Source: an uncultured Nitrospiraceae bacterium (GTDB lineage: Bacteria; Nitrospirota; Thermodesulfovibrionia; Thermodesulfovibrionales; UBA6898). Taken from it: 64,000 nucleotides of DNA. Position numbers and translations under genes: made by a program. Below are positions 57,066 to 64,000 of the stretch, one piece after another. Each line of letters starts with the position of its first letter. The stretch's first letter is position 1. The stretch covers positions 608,001-672,000 of the forward strand of contig CAWEQH010000010.1 of NCBI GenBank assembly GCA_963811165.1, written 5' to 3'. Below the pieces are notes generated by a model. That model did no database searches and had not been told where the DNA came from. It saw nothing but the letters and a program-made list of their open reading frames with translations.

Positions 57066-57506
57066 TCACTGACGACCGGGCCGCCACAAAACACTCACGC
57101 CTTGTCCGAGGATGCCTCCTAATGTATCGATTCCGACATCGAAAAGCGACGCCGTCCTTGCGGACACGAAGGATTGATGAAACTCGTCACCGGCCGCATA
57201 AAGCATAACAACTAACACGGAATAAAAAGCCCACCGCCGACCCAGCAATTCTTTTGAGTCGCTTCGAAAAGCGCGAAACAACAAAATGCCTAAAATGAAA
57301 TACTCAGTCACATGCCCAAATTTACGAATTACCCCGTGTATCAAAGCCGCCTTTTCCGGCGTAATGGATGGCATCAGAAAGCGGAGGATAGGTTCAATAA
57401 TCCGTGAAGTATTTTCCGAAGCGAATGTGTCGGTCGACATCCAATAGATAAAACTCATCCAAAGAAGAACCGGGACCCAATATTTTAAATTGCGAATAGG
57501 ACTCAT
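57066..57506 (-). CDS. VanZ-family membrane protein
   Basis: RK.GH.TEY..LG, YAA.DEFHQSFV..RT....DV.ID. Confidence 0.88.
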   Translation of the reverse strand: MSPIRNLKYWVPVLLWMSFIYWMSTDTFASENTSRIIEPILRFLMPSITPEKAALIHGVIRKFGHVTEYFILGILLFRAFRSDSKELLGRRWAFYSVLVVMLYAAGDEFHQSFVSARTASLFDVGIDTLGGILGQGVSVLWRPGRQ

Positions 57507-57701
57507 CTTTTATTGAAAAGATATTTATTTTCGTTTATTAGATGGAGCATATTACATTTTAGCAGATTCGACTCACGTGGGCTCAAAGGAAACTTTCTGG
57601 CCGGAGAATCCCGGCGGACTTCCCTGGTCCGGCATTAAAAATATTCCTTGCAAAAACGGGCTTCCCGCAGAAAATATATCTATAGATTCAAGGAGGAAAA
57701 A

Positions 57702-58664
57702 ATGAAGGCTATACGCATATATGAATTCGGGGACCCCGAGGTCATGAGGATTGAAGATGTCGAGGACCCTAAGGCAGGTCATGGGCAGCTGGTTGTCAGG
57801 GTCTACGCCGCGGGAGTCAATCCGGTCGACGCCTATATAAGGTCGGGGCTTTATGCATTCAAACCGGAATTGCCTTACACCCCCGGCATGGATGCGGCAG
57901 GCATCGTCGAAGCCGTCGGCGTCGGGGTGAGACTTTTTAAAATGGGAGACCGGGTCTATATTTCCGGGTCTGTCAGCGGTTCCTATGCCGAAAAGGCGCT
58001 CTGCAATGAGTCTCAGGTGCATCGTCTTACGGAAAGGGTCTCCTTCGCCGAGGGCGCCGCAGTCGGAATCCCTTACGCCGCCGCTTATCACGCCCTATTT
58101 CACCTCGGCCGGGCGACGCCCGGAGAGGTCGTGCTCGTGCATGGCGCAAGCGGGGGAGTCGGCATAGCGGCAGTGCAACTGTCCCGCGCTTTAGGAATGC
58201 ACGTCATAGGAACGGCAGGCACTGAGACTGGCCGTCTGCTCGCACGGGAACAGGGGGCACACCGCGTGTTCGACCATCGCTCATCGGGCTATCTGGAGAA
58301 AATAATGGAATCGACTGACAACAGGGGAGTTGATCTGATCGTCGAGATGCTTGCCAATGTAAACCTCGGAAATGATCTCAGAACACTGGCGCATCGCGGG
58401 CGGGTAATAGTCGTCGGCAGCAGGGGCAAGGTCGAGATCGATCCCAGAGATATAATGCGCCGCGACGCTTCGATTCTGGGTATGATGATATTGCATGCTA
58501 CCGAGGGCGAGCTCAACAGTATCCATGCCGCTATTTCCGCAGGGCTTGAAAACGCCACTCTGCGTCCCGTCGTCGGAAAGGAGCTGCCGCTTTCGGAGGT
58601 CGTCAGGGCGCACCGTGAGATCATGGAGACGGGCGCCCAAGGGAAAATCGTATTGGTCCCCTGA
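57702..58664 (+). CDS. qor: NADPH:quinone reductase (zeta-crystallin-like)
   Basis: GVNPVD, PYTPG.D.AG, VLVHGASGGVG, GKIVL; AAGGAGG SD. Confidence 0.9.
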   Translation: MKAIRIYEFGDPEVMRIEDVEDPKAGHGQLVVRVYAAGVNPVDAYIRSGLYAFKPELPYTPGMDAAGIVEAVGVGVRLFKMGDRVYISGSVSGSYAEKALCNESQVHRLTERVSFAEGAAVGIPYAAAYHALFHLGRATPGEVVLVHGASGGVGIAAVQLSRALGMHVIGTAGTETGRLLAREQGAHRVFDHRSSGYLEKIMESTDNRGVDLIVEMLANVNLGNDLRTLAHRGRVIVVGSRGKVEIDPRDIMRRDASILGMMILHATEGELNSIHAAISAGLENATLRPVVGKELPLSEVVRAHREIMETGAQGKIVLVP

Positions 58665-58685
58665 GTGATAAAACAGCAGTGCTAA

Positions 58686-58711
58686 GGGGACACCGGATAT
58701 CCGGTGTCCCC
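58686..58711. repeat. Perfect 26-bp palindrome between convergent genes
   Basis: GGGGACACCGGATATCCGGTGTCCCC. Confidence 0.7.
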
Positions 58712-58745
58712 GCATCTCGTGCAATTATATCGATGAACTTTTTCC

Positions 58746-60362
58746 CTATCTGGGTTCAAGGAAAAGCCTAAGATGGCCGCTCCTGGACGGATGTTTGAGC
58801 TTCCGTATGGCCTTTACCTCTATCTGCCGTATCCTCTCGCGCGTGACGTCGAATTCCTGGCCGAGTTCCTCGAGGGTCCGGGTGGAATCTTCACCTATGC
58901 CGAACCTCCTGCGCAGGATTTTCGCCTCCTTAGGACTAAGGCTATGGAGTACTGCTTCAATCTGCTTCTTAAGGTCGCGATGGATGGCCCTCTGCAAAGG
59001 AGAAGGTGTCGACTTGTCTTCGATGAGGTCTCCGAGATGGCTGTCCTCTTCTTCACCGATAGGCGTCTCCAGGGAGACCGGCTCTTTCGACACCTTCATT
59101 ATGGTTTTGACCTTCGCCAGAGGCATGTTGATCCTGACGGCGATCTCCTCCGGAAGGGGTTCGCAGCCGTGCTCCTGCACCAGCTCTCTGGTCACCCTCG
59201 ATACCCGGGCGATCACCTCGCCCATATGCACCGGTATCCTGATTGTTCTCGATTGGTCGGTAAGCGCCCTTGTGATCGTCTGTCTGACCCACCACGTAGC
59301 GTACGTACTGAACTTATAGCCCCTCTGATACTCGAACTTATCGACGGCCCTCATTAGCCCGATGTTCCCTTCCTGGATAAGATCGGAGAAGCTCAGCCCT
59401 TTGCCCATATATCTTTTGGCGATGCTGATGACGAGTCTCAGATTGGCCTCGACCATCGCCTGTTTCGCGTCGGATATCTCCTCCATACAAGCCGCAAAGA
59501 CCTTGACCACGTTTTTCATACTTGCATGGTCTATGCCCAGCGACCGCTCACATTCGGCTATCTTGTCCAGGTATTCACGATATATCTTTACCAGATGATG
59601 CTTCATATCCGCCTTGCACTGCTTTGACGAGAAGCGTACCGTGCCCTTTGCCGCGTTGTCACATACCGTATACCCTGCGGTCCTCAGCCTCCTGGCCAGG
59701 GAAACGAGTTCCTTGTTGGTGTCCTCTATCCTGCTTATCGCCCTTATCAGTTCCTCATAGAACGTCTGCATGAAACTTTCTTTCAGTCTCAGGCCTCCTA
59801 TCAGCGCAAGCATCTTGTCCCTGGCAGTATTGTTTTTGACTTCTGACAGGGCCTTTGTCTTTGCATTGTTTTTACCGTTATTTTGATTTTTCGACCTACG
59901 GTACAGCCCCCTGATCTCGTCCATTGCGGCCACAAACCGCCGGGTCTCATACATTACCGCATCTTCCGAGCTGCCGGCATTCTGTACAATATCATCAAGA
60001 GCCGTTTCCCCGTTCTTTACGGATTCGCAGATAGCGAGCAGCTTTTCAAGGGCAAAGGGCACCGAAAATATTATCATCATCAGCTTTCCCCGGCCCCTTT
60101 CTATTTTTTTTGCCATCTCTATCTCACCGTCCCTCGTCAGCAGAGGGATGGTTCCCATCTCTTTAAGATACATCTTTAAGGGCTCATAATCACTGTCGAT
60201 TACCGAATCCTGCTTTTCCTCGTCGATTCCGTTTTCATCTTCCTCTTCATTGGCCCATAGGACCTGGCTCTCCTCTTCCTTTTCTCCGTGCTCCATAACT
60301 TCAACGTCTTCCCTCTCAACGTAGTCTTCGGAATATTCAAGCACATCTATCATCTTACCCAT
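58746..60362 (-). CDS. RpoD/SigA-family sigma factor paralog lacking region 1.1 (start uncertain)
   Basis: [53 protein letters not shown]. Confidence 0.9.
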   Translation of the reverse strand: MGKMIDVLEYSEDYVEREDVEVMEHGEKEEESQVLWANEEEDENGIDEEKQDSVIDSDYEPLKMYLKEMGTIPLLTRDGEIEMAKKIERGRGKLMMIIFSVPFALEKLLAICESVKNGETALDDIVQNAGSSEDAVMYETRRFVAAMDEIRGLYRRSKNQNNGKNNAKTKALSEVKNNTARDKMLALIGGLRLKESFMQTFYEELIRAISRIEDTNKELVSLARRLRTAGYTVCDNAAKGTVRFSSKQCKADMKHHLVKIYREYLDKIAECERSLGIDHASMKNVVKVFAACMEEISDAKQAMVEANLRLVISIAKRYMGKGLSFSDLIQEGNIGLMRAVDKFEYQRGYKFSTYATWWVRQTITRALTDQSRTIRIPVHMGEVIARVSRVTRELVQEHGCEPLPEEIAVRINMPLAKVKTIMKVSKEPVSLETPIGEEEDSHLGDLIEDKSTPSPLQRAIHRDLKKQIEAVLHSLSPKEAKILRRRFGIGEDSTRTLEELGQEFDVTRERIRQIEVKAIRKLKHPSRSGHLRLFLEPR

Positions 60363-60597
60363 AATAAAATTCCCCTTTCCCGTATCCAGGATTTCTAAAA
60401 ATGCAGTTTGATGTTTCATGATAATGAAAGGAAATCACCAAAAATATCCGTATGAGTCTGTTTTTTTTGTAGGAATTTTAGACGAGTGCTTGTAAGTGTT
60501 TGTCCTACATTGCCGCTATCTCTTCGAAGATAATAGATAATTTGGACCTTTTCTCTCTTCTTTAATAATCGTGGAGATCCAAAAAAAAGTGGCCCGT

Positions 60598-62028
60598 TCA
60601 AATACTGGACATCGCAACGGTAATAATGCGTATCATCGTGGCAGGATAAATCCCAAGCCAAAATAAAATAAACGTGAGGACCGCGATTATCATACCGGCA
60701 GAAAAAGCCACGCGTGGCGGGGAAGGACATATTTTTTCTCCGCCCGCAATAAATTGGACGGCCACGATCCTCAGATAATAGTAAAGACCGGCTGCGCTGT
60801 TGACCGCAAGGACCACGACAAGCGCCCAAAGGGCGGAGCCTGCTCCTGCTGCCATAATATAATATTTGCCGAGAAAACCCGCCGTAAGGGGAATGCCGGC
60901 CAGAGAGAGAAGCATTACGGTAAATACCCCGGCAAGCCACGGATGCCTCCACGCAAGACCGTGATAATCCTCGATCGCGTCAGCATCTCTCTCTTTACCC
61001 GACATTGCCACAATGACCCCGAAGGCGCCGAGCATCGAGACGAAATAGGCCGGAAGATAATAGCTGACGGCCATTACCGACGCTTCCCGGCCGGCAAGGA
61101 AGGCAACGAGGAGATAGCCCTGATGCGCAACCGACGAATAGGCAAGGGTCCGCTTTATATTTTGCTGATAAAGGGCGAGCAGGTTGCCTACGGACATGGA
61201 CGCTGCCGAGATAATGCCGAAAAGAAGAATGAGGACAGGATAATTCCGGATATCCAAATATGTAAAGAAGCGCAGAAGTAAAACGAACATCGCTCCCTTC
61301 GAGACGGTTGCGATGAACGCAGTCACCGGCGCCGGCGCACCTTCATACACATCCGGAGTCCACATATGGAACGGAACGATGGCAAGTTTAAAACCGGCAC
61401 CCACAATGATCAGCACCAAACCGGCCAAGAGCATCGGATCATTCCCCGCCGCTTCGGCCTTCACGGCGATACGCGCAAACTCCATCGTTCCCAGACGGGC
61501 GTAGACAAGCGCCATACCGAAAAGCAGAAAAGACGCCGAGACAGCGGCCAGTATCAGATACTTGATGCCGGCCTCGTTTCCGCGTTCCCGCACTCTAAGA
61601 TACGCGATCAGGGAATAGAGAGAAACGCTCAATATCTCAAGACCGAGGAAAAAAGTGACAAAGCTTCCTGCGAAAACGAGCATTCCTGAACCCAGTGTTG
61701 CCAGGGAGAGCAGCAGATAGAACTCCTCGACATTCCCCTCCCGCCATTTCAGATAGCCATAAGAAAGGGAAGCAACGACAAAACTCGACAACAGGATCAA
61801 CCCCATAAAAAAAACCCCATAGCCGTCGACAATTACCAAAGCCGTTACAGAGTGCGGTATGAGGGGCGCGGCGATGAAAAGTGTGGCAAAGGCCGAGCCG
61901 AGTCCCGCAAGCGTAAGCAGTGCAGTCACCTTGTGGTTTCGGTAAAAAGCAATAATCAGCATCACCGCAATCGCCGTGGCCGCCAGGACTATGATCGGCG
62001 ACAGGGCCGCTATGTCTGTCTTGCTCAT
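60598..62028 (-). CDS. nuoN: NADH-quinone oxidoreductase subunit N
   Basis: EAGIKY, FKLAIVPFHMWTPDVYEGAP, KR.LAYSS.AH, SLAGIP.TAGF.GK. Confidence 0.93.
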   Translation of the reverse strand: MSKTDIAALSPIIVLAATAIAVMLIIAFYRNHKVTALLTLAGLGSAFATLFIAAPLIPHSVTALVIVDGYGVFFMGLILLSSFVVASLSYGYLKWREGNVEEFYLLLSLATLGSGMLVFAGSFVTFFLGLEILSVSLYSLIAYLRVRERGNEAGIKYLILAAVSASFLLFGMALVYARLGTMEFARIAVKAEAAGNDPMLLAGLVLIIVGAGFKLAIVPFHMWTPDVYEGAPAPVTAFIATVSKGAMFVLLLRFFTYLDIRNYPVLILLFGIISAASMSVGNLLALYQQNIKRTLAYSSVAHQGYLLVAFLAGREASVMAVSYYLPAYFVSMLGAFGVIVAMSGKERDADAIEDYHGLAWRHPWLAGVFTVMLLSLAGIPLTAGFLGKYYIMAAGAGSALWALVVVLAVNSAAGLYYYLRIVAVQFIAGGEKICPSPPRVAFSAGMIIAVLTFILFWLGIYPATMIRIITVAMSSI

Positions 62029-63584
62029 TCCCTCCTCCCCAGTGAAAAAACCCCGGTACGGGCGTAGCCCTCATTGCGTGGCGCACTTCCCTTCGCCTCA
62101 GCAGCTACTGAAGCAGTCCTCAAATTATTGAGGGCCTGCCGCGAGGTATTGAATACTTGCTGCGGAAATAGCCCCAGCCAGATTAGTGCCGCGGCCATCA
62201 CGCTCATCACCGCCGTTTCCCGGATCGTGAGGTCGCGGACCTTCCACTCATTGCCGTTGGGCCCGTGAAAGACGCGTTGTATGAACCGAAGCGCATACAC
62301 CGTGGCACCGACGATGCCCGCTGAGGCGACCACGGTGATAACGACATTGATCCTGTAGGAAGCAAGGAGCACAAGGAACTCCCCAACGAAGTTACCGAGC
62401 CCCGGGAGTCCGAGCGACGCCAACGCAAAAAATAGTGCTGTGGCACCCATTCGGGGTGCGGTCCCCCACAGTCCTCCCATGCGGCCCATTTCGCGCGTAC
62501 CGATTCTCTCCTGAAGCGCCCCGGCTATTATAAAAAGCGCGCCTGTAGCGATCCCGTGACATATGATCTGCATGACGACGCCCTGAAGAGCAATCTCGCT
62601 TCCTACGAAGACGCCCAGGAGCACAAATCCCATGTGGCTCACGCTGGTATATGCGACGAGCCTTTTCAGATCGGTCTGTGCAAAGGCCATGACCGCGCCG
62701 TAGATGATGCCCACGGCAGCGACGACCATGGCGGCGGGGGCAAACTGAGAAACAGCATTTGGAAAGAGAGGCACCACAAACCTCAGAAGTCCGTAGGCCC
62801 CTGTCTTAAGAAGCAGGCCGGCAAGGACCACGCTTCCTGCCGTAGGCGCCTCGGTATGCGCATCGGGAAGCCAGGTGTGAAGAGGCACTACAGGAAGCTT
62901 TACGGCAAAGCCGATAAAGAAGCCCGACATCAGCAACATTTCGGTCACCCGTCCCATCGAAGTCCCAATCAGCGCCGTGTAGTCAAACGTATACAGCCCG
63001 CTTCCGCGGCCGTGCACAAAGTAGAGGCCGAGGATAGCTATCAGCATGATCAGGCCGCCGGCCTGGGTAAACAGAAAGAACTTAAAAGAGGCGTAACGCC
63101 GGTTCTCATGGCCCCAAAGTGAGATAAGGAAATACATCGGCACGAGCATGATCTCCCAAAAGACATAGAACAAAAACAGGTCCATTGCCAAAAAAACGCC
63201 GACGATACCTGCAAGGCTCCATAGAAGGATAAAATGAAAGAACCCTACCCGCTCCTCAATCTCGGTCCATGAGGATGCGACCGCAGCAACACCGAGAAAG
63301 ACGGTCAAAAGGAGAAGGAGGAGACTCAGCCCGTCGACGGCGAGATGGAACCCGGCGCCGATCTGCGGGATCCATTCCCATCTTAGCTCTTCCAACCATG
63401 GACCGTATGAAGTAAGGCCGTCCGCTGCGGCATAGTTGTGCATAAAGATTGTGAGCACTAACCCAAGCATAACCGCCAGGGTCAGCATAGATATCCATCG
63501 GGCCAATAAAGGCCTCTGCCTTCCGAAATACCAGGCTATCGGCCCTCCGGCAAGCGGGACTATGATCAGCCAGACAAGGATCAC
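62025..63584 (-). CDS. nuoM: NADH-quinone oxidoreductase subunit M
   Basis: DGLS, FWEIMLVPMY, VKLP..PLHTWLPDAHTEAP, KRLVAY.SVSHMG, NFVGEF. Confidence 0.94.
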   Translation of the reverse strand: MILVWLIIVPLAGGPIAWYFGRQRPLLARWISMLTLAVMLGLVLTIFMHNYAAADGLTSYGPWLEELRWEWIPQIGAGFHLAVDGLSLLLLLLTVFLGVAAVASSWTEIEERVGFFHFILLWSLAGIVGVFLAMDLFLFYVFWEIMLVPMYFLISLWGHENRRYASFKFFLFTQAGGLIMLIAILGLYFVHGRGSGLYTFDYTALIGTSMGRVTEMLLMSGFFIGFAVKLPVVPLHTWLPDAHTEAPTAGSVVLAGLLLKTGAYGLLRFVVPLFPNAVSQFAPAAMVVAAVGIIYGAVMAFAQTDLKRLVAYTSVSHMGFVLLGVFVGSEIALQGVVMQIICHGIATGALFIIAGALQERIGTREMGRMGGLWGTAPRMGATALFFALASLGLPGLGNFVGEFLVLLASYRINVVITVVASAGIVGATVYALRFIQRVFHGPNGNEWKVRDLTIRETAVMSVMAAALIWLGLFPQQVFNTSRQALNNLRTASVAAEAKGSAPRNEGYARTGVFSLGRRE

Positions 63585-64000
63585 AGGAACACCACGATAG
63601 CAAGGGCCACCACGGCGCCCAAAGCGATCCCCGCTGCATACATGCGGACCTTTCCGCCTTGAGAGAGACTGAGCATGGTGCTAAGGCTGCGGCCTATCCA
63701 GATAATCCCCAGATAGAAAAGGTCGATAAAATCCTCCTTGTTGATTCGCGCTATCCAGTCAAAGGGTCTGACGATGAAAGTATCGTACACCCAATCGAAC
63801 CCCCAGCCTGAAAACCAGAACCGGTGAAGCAGCCGGCCGGGCAGAACACTTGTCAGTGAGTCGGCGTATCGCGGTTTCCCGAAGAATAAGAAATAGGCAA
63901 GAAATATGCCGAGGAGCGAAACTATAGCTCCGAAGGCCGTTAGCATGATTTCGGCCTCGGAGGCACCTGGCCTTCCCGCGATTGCCGGCAATGCAGTATT
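63581..64000 (-). CDS. nuoL: NADH-quinone oxidoreductase subunit L, C-terminal part
   Basis: GWGFDWVYD..IV.P, Q.GKVR.YA; overlaps nuoM start; runs off window. Confidence 0.88.
   Translation of the reverse strand, partial: NTALPAIAGRPGASEAEIMLTAFGAIVSLLGIFLAYFLFFGKPRYADSLTSVLPGRLLHRFWFSGWGFDWVYDTFIVRPFDWIARINKEDFIDLFYLGIIWIGRSLSTMLSLSQGGKVRMYAAGIALGAVVALAIVVFL

Overview
Bacterial chromosome segment; gene content and protein style suggest an anaerobic Nitrospirota or deltaproteobacterium-like organism (inference only). At the left end, tRNA-Val(TAC) and tRNA-Asp(GTC) are followed by a ~4.4 kb AT-richer accessory region. It reads as an integron gene-cassette array with no integrase: four attC sites, one half attC, up to three attI-like sites and a Pc-like promoter. 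One cassette pairs a Zn-ribbon/TPR-like/CFI-box-CTERM protein with a 47-aa stand-alone C3HC4 RING-finger protein missing from the ORF track. The rest is mostly core or metabolic DNA: PAS histidine kinases, Fsr, SemiSWEET, two TatA, a butyryl-CoA/beta-oxidation cluster with two copies of a structured intergenic repeat, xseAB, an ECF sigma/anti-sigma/Spy module with two matching promoters, Crp/Fnr-DUF2892, and trehalose genes (treT, treZ, GH57, treY). Further right are a sulfur-relay-like cluster (DsrE, YeeE/YedE, TusA-like) interleaved with a GT-C transferase, a frameshifted flavoprotein and a B12 radical SAM gene, then waaC, a waaF-gmhB fusion, alr, rarA-rny-ymdB, an RpoD paralog and nuoN-M-L. 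No CRISPR array, rRNA, transposase or integrase was found. All family calls are by-eye motif recognition; no searches were run.
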